A stretch of DNA of 64,000 nucleotides, taken from the NCBI RefSeq assembly GCF_009914755.1, contig NC_060929.1, one strand, 5' to 3'. The notes under the pieces are model-generated. The model searched no databases, was not told where the DNA came from, and saw only the letters and a list, made by a program, of their open reading frames with translations. Shown here one piece after another: positions 40,458-54,153 of this stretch (the stretch's first letter is position 1; every line of letters begins with the position of its first letter). A program made the translations under genes and the position numbers. This DNA is from the human T2T-CHM13v2.0 reference genome, Homo sapiens.

Positions 40458-42127
40458 CAAGTCTACCAGTTCTTAACTTGTGCTTTCCTCCAGACCTACC
40501 TTCGTACGCTGGGACAGTATCCATGGGTCTCACTTTTCCTGAAGCGGGACAGTTAAGTGGCTGAGGAGGGAGTGGCCCTCTAGTTTCTGCCCCATACCTA
40601 GCTGAAGGCTTCAGGATAAGGAGAATAGTCACTGGTGAGCAGAGGAAACCTATTTCTGCTCTGGAAATGGCTCTTCTCTCCCTTTCTCTTCCCCCACCTC
40701 CCCCTGCTACCCCCCAGAGTTCTGTACCAACTAATCAGCAGACAATGGAAGCTCCAGCTGGGACCAAGTGGGCTGGACTCATTAGTGCAGAATGACATTA
40801 ATATCAAAAATCTTCTGAGACAAATGCAATGATTCAGGGCAGACGCCTATGGAGGGCTGGCTCAGAAGCTGGTGTGGGTGATGGTACCGTGGTCCAAGAC
40901 AGAGAGAGCCGTGCATATGTGGGTGGACAACCAGGCCGGGTCCCTGGGATGCCTGAGGGGAAGAGGGGGCAAAGCAGCTCTGCCTTGGGCAGGGTCCCTG
41001 TCCTCTTGTGCAGCCTGACTTCTCCCTCCTCCCTGCTTGGGGGGCCTGCGTGGGTCACTGAGTCACCGAAACCCTGGGCAGGCTGGAGAGGCAGCGAGGC
41101 ATGGAGGCCTTCAGGGCTGGATGGGCTGGGGCCGGGTCCCAGCTGCATCTCCTCTCCCCTCTCCCTGTGGCTCCAGCAACTCGCTTCATGTCTTTGGGCC
41201 TCTGTGTTTCTTCATCTCAACTATGGGGTGATGATAGCTGCCTCTCAGGCTGGTGAGAGGATCATGGAATGAGGTGGACACATTTTGTAGAATGTGGACT
41301 AGAGGGGAGCGAAGGGCATCTTCACCATCTCCTCCTTCTTCATTGTTCTTTACCGAGTGGGGATAAATATCAAAAGTCTTTCTTTAGGGGCAACAGGAAT
41401 CAAACCAGCTCCCGCAGGGAGCCTTAGAGATAGTTTTGCTTGGTTCCTATGCTCTTCATTTCTTCACTCACTCAGATATTCATTCATTGAGTCATCCACT
41501 CACACGTGTACCGAGCACCTCTCACATTGGCATCGATGTGGCACTGGGGATAGAAAGGTGGATGGGACACCATCGCTACCTCGGAGGGACTCTTCGGCTA
41601 GTGAGGAGGCTCTTCCTGCCTGGAGGACACGCGTGTGGTCAGGGAGAGCTTTGCAGAGGAGAGGCCACAAAGCTGTCCTTGTGGTTTAAGGAGTTTGCCA
41701 GGTGGCCTGGGGTGGGGCAGTAGGGACATCATTTATTTGAAAAATATTTATTGACTAACTACTACATGCCAGGCACTGTCCTCAGTGTGGGGACACAGCT
41801 GTGGACGGCAGAGATGAAACTCTGCCTTCAAGGAGACGGCTTTCTGGTGGAAGGTCATAGAAGCCACCGAGCAGTGAGGGGGCAGTGGCAGAGCTGCTGT
41901 TTTGTACTGGCTGGTCAGGACAGGCCTCGGCGAGAGACGCCATCTGGGCAGAGATCTGCAGGGGCCAGGGGAGTGGCCCACAGGGATACCAGGAGCAGAG
42001 GGGATGGCGGGACGCATTCCTGAAGTGGAGGAACTCTCTCTGGGCTCTGGGAAAAGCAGGACACCCAAGCTGCAGGGGAGGTGGGGGGCGTGAGGTACGA
42101 TGGGGTGCGGGGGTGTCCCCGGTCATC

Positions 42128-42785
42128 TCAGGCTTTGTAGGTCTGGCTGCTGGAAAATTACAGGATGCCCAGTTACACTGGAATTTCAGATAAACAGCAA
42201 ATAATTTTTTAGTATAAGTGTGTCCCACGCAAGTTTGCCTTTCTCTGAAATTCAAAAAAAGATTTTTAGTTCCTAATATCCCTTTCTTCTTTTTAAAACA
42301 TTGTTTTAATTGACCAATAAAAATTGCATATTCTTATGGCCTACAATATGATGTTTTGGAATATGTATACATTTATGGGATGACTAAATTGAGCTAATTA
42401 ACATATGCATTACTTTCCACCTTGTTTTTTTTTTTCTGTGGTGAGAACACTTAAAATCTACTCTTAGCGATTTTCAAGAATGCAGTACACTGTCATTAGC
42501 TATACTGCCACGACGTACCCTGGGGCTCTTTCACTTATTCTCCCTAACTGGAACTTTGTGTCCTTTGACCCACAGCTCCCCAATTCTCACTCCCTGTCCG
42601 CCAGCCTCTGGTAACCACCATTCTACTTTCTGCTTCAATGAATTTGGCTTTTTCAGAGTTCGCATGTCCATGTGAGATCACGTGGTATTTGTTTTTCTGT
42701 GTCTGGCTTATTTCACTTAACATGTCCTTGAAATTCAAACCTAACGGGCATCCTGCCTTTTTGTTTGTGAAATCTGGCCACCCTA
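42128..42785. mobile_element. MER53 hAT-type MITE split by an L1MA 3' fragment (42257-42728, - strand)
   Basis: MER53 arms acaggatgcccagtta..gaatttcagataaac / gggcatcctg..atctggccacccta; TSD tgaaattcaaa at 42246-42256 and 42729-42739. Confidence 0.75.
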
Positions 42786-43105
42786 GCTGTGGCCTCTACA
42801 AGACTTTGGCTTTACTCTGAGATGGAAGTCACTGGAAGCTTTGGGGTGCAGGAGAGACGGGGCGTGACCAGTTTTAAAGGGTCCTGGGGCGTGAGCGGAC
42901 TGTGGCTGGCAAGGGGGGGAGCCGCTGGAGGTGAGAGGTGGGATGGAGGCGCCAGGAGGCAGTGTGCAGGTGCTGAGGGGAGTCTGCGTGTGTTTTGAAG
43001 ACAGCTGACCCCATTTGCTAATGGGTTGGTTGTGGGATGGCAGGTGGGGGACATGGAGGACTCCAAGGCTTTTGGCCTGAGCAACCGATAAGATTGCAGG
43101 AGGAT

Positions 43106-43107
<2 letters not shown>

Positions 43108-43146
<39 letters not shown>
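43108..43146. repeat. (TG)n microsatellite
   Basis: Direct reading. Confidence 0.95.
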
Positions 43147-43147
<1 letters not shown>

Positions 43148-44429
43148 CGCGTGTGCTTTTGGACACGGTTCAGAGATGCCCACTGGACAACCAGGAGGAG
43201 ACATGCAGTGGGCAGGAGTTCAGAGAGAACTCATTCATTCGTCATCAGCTTGGATGTCATTTAGAGCTGAGCACCTGCCCGAGGGCAGAGGAGGTGTGTA
43301 GGTAGAGAAGCAGCCCTACTCCAACATCTGCAGAGGCCTGGAGGCTGGAAGGCCCTGGTGCACACTGATAGTCAGGCCCATGTAGTGTGGGAAATGAGAC
43401 CGGCATGGCCTGGAGGCAGAGAGAGCCATGAGGAGTTCCGAGAAGGGGAGTGACTAGTCAGATGTGTGTGTTTTAGAAGGGTGCCTCCGGGGCAGGGTGG
43501 AGGGGATGGAGCAAGGCCAGGAGGGCAGAAAGGGGACTGTGGCACCAGCCCTGCCCCAGCATAGCAGCCGGGGACTTGGTGGGGGGTGGTGCAGGGAGAC
43601 ACAAGGGAGGGTGGTTTGTGTGTGGCGCTGCGGACAGGGCTGGGCAGCAGGATGGATGTGGGGTGCAGGAGGACGGCTGGGGGCAGAGAGAGAGGCTTTT
43701 GAATTTGCCTCAGAGGAGTGCAGGGTGTCCCCACCCCACCCCCAGCAGCCCACGGCCGCTGTGCTTGTTAGCAAGGAACACTCCTCAGAGGGAACATATG
43801 TGCTGTTATTTTTAGGTGATTAGCCGCACGTCGTGGAGCGTTTGTTTGCCAGTCGTGGGTAAACAAAAGCCATTTGTCAAAATGAGATGTTCCAGCCTCG
43901 TCCTCCCTTCGGCAGGCCAGTCCCCGCACTGTGAATTCCTGTTGCATCAGCAGTGAGGCTAATTAGCTCCTCGGCTCTTGAATAATAATGGCCACATTTA
44001 CCGAGAGATTTCTGTGCACGAGGAGCCCTGCAAATGTGATCTACGCAAGAATCACAGGTGCATCTTATTGGCTCCAGTTTGGAGTGGGGGAAACTGAGGC
44101 TCAGGGAGGTGGAGCGGTTTGCTCAAGGCCCCACAGCTAGGAAGTGAAAGCTCTGACATTCTCAGATCTGAATGACCCCCAAGCCTGAGATGGGTGAGGG
44201 GGCTGCTCTGTTCTTCTGGAATATCTCCCCTTCCCCATCCTGTGAGCAGAAACTGAGCAACATCACAAGCAGCCTAAGGTAATTAGACTATCATTCCTTG
44301 TATGGAGTTCAAATCTTCATTGCATCCAAGGTATCTGCTCTGTTTCTCACTTCTGAGTCCTGCACGTGCTAACCTTTCCAATCTCTGGGCTTTGGACAGC
44401 CACAGTGAGTCTGAGGTTTGTTTCTGCCA

Positions 44430-44825
44430 CTTCAGGTCTGAGTATGAGCTTGGGCAGGTCTCTGAGATGAAGTGTGTTGGGGCTCATTGGCCAGTGCTCC
44501 TGAAGTCAATACCATTGGAAGGGAGCGGGGAGGAGCAGGCTGGGCAAAGGGGGAGGCTGACCTATGATGCTATCTCAGCAGAAGCCTCAGCTGGCCTGAG
44601 GATGGGATGACCCCTCAGGACTGTCCCGAGTCAAAGCAAAAGTTCGGGTACTTGGCACCCCACATTGGTGCCAGGGACCCCACATTGGGTCATTGGATGT
44701 AGGCCTCCCTGGGAATGGAGCATGAGGGCTGTCAACTTTCTGCAGGCAGTACTCCCAGCAGCTGGGGTAATAAGTCCTTTATTCCTGCAGAGGGACCTGG
44801 GTGGCACCTTACAGAGTCCTTCATA
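44430..44825 (-). mobile_element. LTR16A-like ERVL LTR (3' LTR)
   Basis: Minus strand reads ...gccacccaggtccctctgcaggaataaaggacttattaccccagctgctgggagtactgcc, LTR16A-type. Confidence 0.75.
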
Positions 44826-46897
44826 GTCACCTCTTGGATCCACTTCATGTAAGTTCTGCGAGAAGCTCTTCTAGGAGGCAACTTGAAGAGGAAAATTACT
44901 GGGATGAACTCCAACCCCTACCTCTGAAGTTTTGGGGTCTCAGGGCTGCAACTGACATCCTCACCTGCCCACTCCACTACCCATTATAGACCACCTCACT
45001 CTCAGACGACATCTCTGTTGGTCTCCTGATTACCTGAGGGAACTGAGACCCTGGTCACCATGCTATTTTCAGGCCAGGGTTGCTACACTTGTCAACTTAA
45101 CATCAAAATTGGGCAAGGGAGTACCAAGAAGCACCCAAGGGCATCGCCTGGATGTCAAACATATTCCTCCCAGACCCCATATGCAACCGCTTCTGGATGC
45201 CAGGATGCGACTCCTCTTCTTACCGCTGGCCCCTTGATGCAAGGACAAGAAACCCAGAGTGCCAAGGAGGCGACTGTGCTTCGACTTTGAGGGACTCTGG
45301 CTGTGCCACCTTGCAGAAGTATTTTCTCTTTGGGAACAAGGACCTCTAAACTTACGGAACCCAGAGTTGAGGGACAGAAAGCACAAATTCTTTAAGTGGG
45401 CCACTGGGCCACTTAAGCTTCTACCCCTAGGTTCCTAGACCCGTGTATTCTGCCCAGTGGGGATGCAGTGCCATATATAGTATTTGATTTGAAGTGATAC
45501 TGCATCTTGGAGGATGGTACTGAAACCTTGTGAAGGCTTGTTTCTGAACTGGCATTGCAGCTCTGTCTTCATCGGGCCAGCAGCTTTGGGGTCATGTGGT
45601 GTGCAGTATTAACAGTGGATCCCTGGTCATGGGCCAGCCCACTCCCGCCCCTGCAGGGTTATTGCTATAAGATGGGCTGTTGAGTCAGAAGTGATGTTAT
45701 GTGGCATCCTGTGCCAGTGAATCAAACACTTCATAGACCCTTGAGCAGAGAATCCATGGGCAGGAAAGGCAAATCTCTATCTGGAACTGGTCTCTATTCC
45801 TGATCTTTCAGGAGAGGGTCCAATGTAGTCATCTGCCACATGCCAAGCCAAACCAATCTCAGTTTTATCCTCTTCAGCTGGTGACATGGGAGTCCCCCAT
45901 GTGGCCATTCGAATGAGCTGAGGCTGCTGGTGCCTCAGTGGGGATGATGTGGGGTCTGGGCTACCTGCCGTGTAGCTTGCTGGTGTCCTCAAGGCGTGCT
46001 CATGTTTGACCCGGGATGTCCCCACCATGTTAGATTGATTGATTGGGTCTGGCAGACCCAGCTCATGACAGGCAGTTCCAGCTGCCTGATCACTCGGTGT
46101 CTCATGTCTGGGTGTTGTGTGTCACATGAGGGCTAGTAGCACAGGCACACCAGGACCTGTTTTCAGAAGGTGAATAATCCTTTGCTGCTAATTGTAATTC
46201 ACTCCCAAATTTTAGGGAGTCTCCAGATCCTAAGGGATTCTCCCACTGGAGCTTGCATTCTTCACTGGCATCTCTTCCTATCACTCACATGGCTGACACC
46301 ATAGGGTCTGCTGAGTACTGTATGGCTCAAGGGATGGGGTTGATGGCTCCAGCAGCCTGACACTTTTGCAGAATCCTTTCTTGCTCTGGGCCTTGGCAGC
46401 CTTTCATGGCATTGGCATATGGGGTTGGAGCAGTATTCCTAGCTATGAAATATGTTGCCTCCAGATCTACCTATCAGGTGTTAGGATTTCTTCTTCATGG
46501 TGGGAGGTAAAAGATTAAATAATTTATCTTTGCTTTGTAGGTATGTCCCAGTATTCACCAGACCATTGAATTCCTAGAAATTTTACTAATGTGGTGGCCT
46601 CTCGATCTTCAGTAGTTTTCTCTCTCACCCTTTGGCTTCCAGCATGCTAGGTACCGCTTGTCTATCTGCCTGATCAGCATGATGACATCAGTGTACTGGA
46701 TCAGTGTGATGTTCTGCAGGATGTCCGATGATCCAGATCTTTTTGGATGGTCATGACAGAGCTCTGATGAAAGTTGTGAATGTATACTGTTGTCCCTTCC
46801 ATGTGAATGTGAACTCTTTCTGATTCTCTTTCTTGATTGAGATGGAAATGAACATATTCACCAGATTAATGGCTTCATAACATGTACCTGAATTCAA

Positions 46898-47186
46898 TTT
46901 TTTTTGAGACGGAATCTCACTCTGTCACCCAGGCTGGAGTGCAGTGGGGCGTGATCTTGGCTCACACAACCTTTGCCTCCCAGGTGAAGTGATTCTCCTG
47001 CCTCAGCCTCCTGAGTAGCTGGGATTACAGGCGTGAGCCACCATGCCTGGCCAGTTTTTGTTATTTTTAATAGAGATGGGGTTTATCATGTTGACCAAGC
47101 TGGTCTCAAACTCCTGACTTCAAATGATCCACCAACCTCAGCCTCCCAAATGCTGGGACTGTAGGCATGAGCCACTTCGCCTGGCT
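46898..47186 (-). mobile_element. AluS
   Basis: Antisense dimer; TSD cctgaattca. Confidence 0.9.
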
Positions 47187-48022
47187 CCCTGAATTCATAT
47201 TAATCTTCTCTAGCAGCAATACCACACCTAGCAAGGAAGCTGCAATGGGGCTACTAGTTGTTGCACTTCTGGTAGTTTCCATGGGGAACAGACTGGTGAA
47301 TTAAATGGGACTATAATAGGAATGATCATCCATGCATCTTTTAGATCTTTAAGAACAGCACTCATCTTTGCCATCCCCTGGGATGTAATACTGCTTTTTA
47401 TTTGCTATCTTGGCCAGAAGGGGGAGTTTCAGAGGCTTCCACTTGGATTTCCCCACTATGATAGCTCTTACCTCACAGGATAAAGGGCTTGTGTCAATTA
47501 CTAAGTATGTCAATTACAGTTATACATTTGGAGACCACTGAGGGTGGGACCTTGGACTGTGGGTGAGCTGGACCTAAGCTAGAACTCCATTTATCACCTG
47601 GCTCCCTTAGGAGGGGCCATGCTAATGCTCTGGGTTTCCCCTTCCCCAGTACACAGTTACCTGAGTAACGTCGGGAAGAAATGGAGGAATCCTCGCTGTG
47701 TGCAGTCATGGGGTTCTTCCTCCTGGGGACATAGGCTTTCTGTCAATCAAGTTTCCACGTCCAAGAACTTGCTCAGGGATGGACATTGGGGAAGGGATTT
47801 TTACTTTTTTTTAAATTAAGGTGACTGTCCTTAGCTTCCCAGCCATCCATCCGTGCTGTTTTTGATTATGCAGATACAGTAGTATCCTTGTTGGCTCCAT
47901 ATCTATGTGGCCCCTAGGGGTGCCAAGTTCTATTCACTCCACAGGTCTCTGTAGGTCAGGCTCCCCTGGCCTCCTCTCTACCCTACCACTCACCACAATG
48001 ACATCTTCCTGCCTTCTGATGG

Positions 48023-48368
48023 TGCCATGGTCTGAATGTTGGTGTCTCCCCAAAATTCATACGTTGAAACCTGACCACCAATGTGAGGGTATCAGGAGGT
48101 GGGGCCTTTGGAAGGCGATTGGGTCATGAAGGTGGAGCCTCATGAATGGGACTAGTGCCCTAATGAAAAGATGTCCCAGCATGCTGCCCTGCCTGTTCTA
48201 CACTCTGAGGACACAGTGAGGAGGCACCATCTATGAGCCAGAAAGTGGGCCTTCAGCAGACACCAAATCTACTTTGATCTTGGACTTCCCGGCCTCCAGA
48301 ACTGTTAGAAATGAATTTCTTTATAAGCCACCCAGCCTATGGCATTTTGTTACAGCAGCACTAAGGTA
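48023..48368 (+). mobile_element. MLT1A-type MaLR LTR
   Basis: tgccatggtctgaatg ... ccaaaattcatacgttgaaacc ... ttgttacagcagc. Confidence 0.8.
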
Positions 48369-49143
48369 TATGGCTTCTAGTTTTCCAAGGTCCTTGGGAT
48401 CATTTCTGTGAGTAAGCCTGGTTGTACAGTGGCAATTCCTCCTGCCAGCCCTGGTCCCCAGAGAGGAGCCATCACTGAATTTCTAAGTGATCCATTCCTA
48501 ACAGCCTTGGTAAGTGGGTTATCATCTGGGTCCTGTGTGCAGCACAGGCCTCTGGGAGTTCCAGCCTTACATGGCACACCTCCTCTGGTGGGCCCACCTC
48601 TCTGAGCCTAAGTGCCAAGGGCCTACCGTCTGCTCCAGCAGTTCTCACTTCATGCTGGCCGCTGCTTTTTCCCATGTTTCTAGGAATCATCTGCAGTGAG
48701 TTTGCACCATCTCCTGGGACACTGGTGAGAGTATTAAATCCTGTATCCTGGGAGAGTTCTCCCAAGTTGATAAATACTCCCTTATCTAACCTTACCTTCT
48801 GACCTTGACCAGACACCCTTGGATTCCAGTCCCATGTTCCTGCAGACCTGTGCTGGGTAGGTCCTACAGCTCCTTTGGGGTATAGCCCCATCTTTCCTCA
48901 CCAGGCTCAACATGCCCACAGCCGGTTGCTGTTGTGACTTCATCCTAGTCATTGGCCTAATGACCAGGAGGACAGACAAGGCAGAGCCTGAGCCGGGGAC
49001 GTGTTGTCTGGCTGGGGAGAGGCCTCTGCACAGTGTCCAGGCAAGGAGGGAGGGAGTGCCAGCCCTTAGCGGCAGGAGCGGCATTCCTGCCAGCTCAGAG
49101 GGCTCAGTGGGGATATAGAGTATAGAGAGTCCATCGTTTGTAG

Positions 49144-49565
<422 letters not shown>

Positions 49566-49744
49566 ACAGGGTTGCGCTCTCTTCTAACCAGGGCTCTGGC
49601 CTTGGCACAGTAGACCTGCCTTGGTTGGAGTTGCATCTTCTGTGGATCCTGAGCCTGGTTTCTGCTTTCTCCGTCCTCCTGGTGCAGATGAGAGCCTCTT
49701 TAAACGCCAACAGAAGGGCCTCTGGCTTTCACGTTAGCCTTTAA

Positions 49745-49921
<177 letters not shown>

Positions 49922-50138
49922 TAAAAAATGTTGTATATTGATTTCAGGCCTTTTATTTTCTTAAAAGCAGCAGCTATTTAGCCTAATTCTGAGCAGTGGT
50001 TTGTTCTCTGGGCCAGTAGGATTTTATGCATGCTTTTTGTGATCCGTGTTCAAAATCTGCATTGCCAACATTGCAGCTCCAATGTAAGCTTGTTATTCAA
50101 ATAAATATTTAATTTTTAAACTTGCTTCTGTACTGTAT

Positions 50139-50455
<317 letters not shown>

Positions 50456-50604
50456 TTACCAGATGCCCCTTTTAGTATTATTTTAGAAGCATTGGGAGAG
50501 TTTTGGCTAAAGTGCAATTTACCAGAAAACACTAGATTTTAGCTTTATAAAACTTAAATCTTTCATAGGACCTATATTTTCTTGAATTAAATTTTGCAGT
50601 TCTA

Positions 50605-50735
50605 GGCCAGGCACAGTGGCTCATGCCTGTAATCCCAGCATTTGGGAGGCCGAGGCGGGTGGATCATGTGAGGTCAGGAGTTCAAGACCAGCCTGGCCAA
50701 CATGGTGAAACTCCGTCTCTACTAAAAGTAGAATA
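50605..50735 (+). mobile_element. Truncated Alu (left arm only)
   Basis: Ends in the A-rich linker and runs into the minisatellite. Confidence 0.85.
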
Positions 50736-50743
50736 TAAGTAGT

Positions 50744-51305
50744 GTATAAGCCCCGGGTCCTAGGCTCTGGGTATAAGCCTCACGTTTTTTCTGGGTATAA
50801 GACTTGTGTTTCCTAGGCTCTGGATATAAGCTCCATGTCCTAGGCTCTGAGTACAAGCCCAATGTCCTAGGCTCCGTGTATGAGACCCAGGTCCTAAACT
50901 CTGGATATAAGCCTTGTGTCCTCGGCTCTGGGTATAAGCCTTGTGTTTTAGTCTTTGGGTATAAGCTCCATATCCTAGGCTCTGGGTATAAGCTTTGTTT
51001 CCTAGGCTCTGGGTATAAGCCCCACGTCCTTGGCTCTGTGTATAAGCCCCAAGTCCTAGGCTCTGGGTATAAGCCCCAAATCCTAGGCTCTGGGTATAAG
51101 CCCCGGGTCCTAGGCTCTGGGTATAAGCTTTGTTTCCTAGGCTCTGGGTGTAAGCCCCAAGTCCTAGGCTCTGGGTGTAAGCCCCGGGTCCTAGGCTCTG
51201 GGTGTAAGCCCCGGGTCCTAGGCTCTGGGTGTAAGCCCCGGGTCCTAGGCTCTGGGTGTAAGCCCCGGGTCCTAGGCGCTGGGTATAAGCCCCGGGTCGT
51301 AGGCT
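50744..51305. repeat. 27-bp minisatellite/VNTR, about 21 units (gtcctaggctctgggt(a/g)taagccccgg)
   Basis: Direct reading; explains the 9-aa repeat ORFs on both strands. Confidence 0.95.
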
Positions 51306-52199
51306 CACCCCAGGACCCCCCAGCACAGGTCCAGTGGCTTCCCGTTATTAGAGGTGAATGTGATCCTGGGCATCATTTATTTGGGGGAAAATTGGATTCT
51401 TTGGGGCTCCAGTTCCTCTCTGCTGCTGGCTCTCCTAGGCTGCCAGTCCCACATCCCACTTCCCCTGTGTAGAAGGGGGAAGGCCACCCCCTCCACACTC
51501 CCCCCCATGAGGCTGAAAGTGGCCAAATTCTCCCATAGAAAAAGTTTGCTGCGGCTTTGAATAAACATAGAAATTGATCATCCCAGCCTTAAAGAAAGTT
51601 ACATTTGTCTCAGTGGAGTTTTCTTGGGAAACCTCCCAGAGAACAGTAGGGAGCTGAAACTTACGAGCTAGAGCTCTGGGCCTGATAGTGAGAGGCCTGC
51701 CCCTCAGCCCTCCGGAGTGCCTCAGCCACCTGGTGTCTGTTGACCAACGCCTTTGCCTCCCTGCTCTCTAACTCCTGTTTTTCCACAACTGGTTACATTT
51801 CTTCTTGGCCAGGCCTCCAGGACCCCCACCCTCTGCACTGCCCTGGATGCTGACGAAGGCTCTCCTTCCCTCTCCCTAACCAGCTCCTCCCCTCCTCCCA
51901 CCTTTGGCCATGCAGAGACCCAGCTACACTGTGCCTCTGCCTCTGAGAAATGGCTGGGGGTGCGCTGCGGGGGTGCGCTGCTGGGGAGCCTGGAGCTGGG
52001 GTAGGCATGGGGGGTTGGGGAGAGGGTGTTGTTCTCAGAGTCCTCTGGGTCGCAACCCCAGCAACCCCAGCAGTACCAGATCTTGCATCCCCACCTGGTT
52101 TCCTTGCCCGCTGTGCAGTGGAAAGGGCGCACCTGTTTGAAACGAGCGGCTGTGCTTGCAGAGGTGCGCTGACCCAGGATACTGGTGGCCTTTCCAGCA

Positions 52200-53020
52200 C
52201 CCGCCTGTCTGGCAGCTACCGCCCCACGCTCCTATCCCTGCTTAGTGGAGCCCCGCTGCTACCGCGTCCTGTTCTGACCTCTGCCAGCCCGCGCCCCGCT
52301 CCCCTCCGCGTCCTGCTGCCCGCGTTCTGTACCTGCCCGCGCCCCGCTCCTACGCGTGCGCCACTCCTATCCGTGCCCCGCTCCTAGCTAAGCCCGGCCC
52401 GTGCCCACTCCCACCCGCCGCCTTGCGCTGCCCCTTCCGGCTCCTCCCCAGCAGCCGGCACCCGCCTGGCCCAACAGTGACAGAGCAGGGCGCGCAGCCG
52501 CTGAGTGCTCTGGAGTCCCTGCCCCGAGGTGCCACGCCCACGTCGGCCTCACCCGGGCAGGCATGGGGCGGTCGGGCTTAGCGCCGCACCCCGCCGGCCA
52601 GAGCCACCGTCTCTCCAGACGCGGCCCCAGCGCCCACTGGGGATGGCAAAGACGACATCCGGTGCGCCGAGGCTGCTCACAAAAGTAAGTCTTGCTGGCT
52701 GCAGGCGCCCGCATCGGCCAGTGCAAAGGTGGCCCAGAGTGCCAAGCGGCGGAGCCGAGGCTTTGAGAAGCACCTTTCTGCTTGCGCTGGGCAGCGGGCT
52801 GCGTGTGACTGGCCACCTGGCCTCGGCTGGGAGCGCACTGGTGGCGGGCGGCGGGCAGGTCTCTGACAGGAGCAGGCGCCCGCGAGCAGCGGCTGGTGCC
52901 CAGAACCTAGCGCAGTGGGAGTTCCCAGCGTGGTTGTCCCAAGCGCCAAAGCCGGTGTCCTGAAGCAAACAGGACAGCTCTTTCGGGGCAGCTGTGGGCG
53001 AAGGGGCGGGGAGCCCAGGA
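52200..53020. promoter_or_regulatory. CpG-island-like promoter / first-exon candidate A
   Basis: Dense CpG, GC-box-like repeats cgcgccccgctcc, ETS cores cttccgg (~52434) and acatccgg (52655-52662), donor AAA|gtaagt at 52685. Confidence 0.55.
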
Positions 53021-53082
53021 AGCCACGAGTGGCACGGGTCTGCTGTTTTTGAAGGAGACGGTGCAGTCCTGGTTTCCTTTTT

Positions 53083-53712
53083 TAAAATTTTATTTTATTA
53101 TGCTTTAAGTTCTGGGGTACATGTGCAGAAAGTGCAGGTTGGTTAACAGGTATACATGGGCCACGGTGGTTTGTTGCACCCATCAACCCGTCATCAACAT
53201 TAGGTATTTCTCCTAATGCTATCCCTCCCCCCAGCCCCCGACAGGCCCCAGTGTGTGATGTTCCCCTCCCTGTGTCCATGTATTCTCATTGTTCAACTCC
53301 CACTTATGAGTGAGAACATGTGGTGTTTGGTTTTCTGTTCCTGTGTTAGTTTGCTGAGAATGATGTTTCCCAGCTTCATCCATGTCCCTGCAAAGGACAG
53401 GAACTCATCCTTTTTTATGGCTGCATAGTGTATATGTGCCACGTTTTCTTTATCCAGTCTATCATTGATGGACATTTGGGTTGGTTCCAAGTCTTTGCTA
53501 TTGTGGAACAGTGCCGCAATAAACATATGTGTGCTTGTGTCTTTATAGTAGAATGATTGATAATCCTTTGGGTATATACCCAGTAATGGGATTGCTGGGT
53601 CAAATTGTATTTCTATTTCTAGATCCTTGAGGATGTGGAGAAATAGGAACGCTTTTACACTGTTGGTAGGAGTGTAAATTAGTTCAACCATTGTGGAAGA
53701 CAGTGTGGCGAT
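53083..53712 (-). mobile_element. 5'-inverted (twin-primed) truncated L1PA (about PA6-PA8)
   Basis: Antisense 3' end 53083-53633, inverted piece 53634-53712, TSD tcctggtttccttttt at 53067-53082 and 53713-53728. Confidence 0.9.
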
Positions 53713-54153
53713 TCCTGGTTTCCTTTTTGAGCTCTACCTTCCTCATTCCTCCTCCAGCTCTGCCGCTTTGGCTGGCAGAGGAGTGCAGAGGCTCTCTTTG
53801 GCAAGGTTGCTTTGCTCTCCTGCGTTTTTGCCACCTGGTCTTTAAAAACCTAAAAGCCTGTGGTTTCTGGGGTGGCTCCCTTGGAGGGGCTGCAGTGGGC
53901 TGAGACCCAGCCTGCAGCCTGGGAGTTCTGTGCCACTGTCTGGGAGGGCACCTGAAGATGTGGCTTTGGGGCCATGGGAGGTCAGGGACAACACTTATGG
54001 GTGCAAGTTTTGGGTCTGGGTGTCAGGGCCAGGGGTGCTGCTGCACTGAGGATGAGGTGCAGGGTGTGGTGTTGAGTGTCAGGGGCAGAGTTGCTGCAGT
54101 GCAGAGGACAGAGGTGGTGCAGGGCAGGGTTCCTGGGCATGAAAAGGCAGGGG

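Larger units (their letters stand above)
51304..54153 (+). repeat. Diverged duplicated unit, copy A (contains CpG island and L1 insert)
   Basis: Colinear with 56052-58141, from ctcaccccaggaccccc to ggcat(g/c)aaaaggca. Confidence 0.9.

Noticed and set aside
50760-51472. 188-aa and 222-aa repetitive ORFs on opposite strands
   Set aside because: Direct consequence of a 27-bp stop-poor VNTR; non-ATG starts and no recognisable domain
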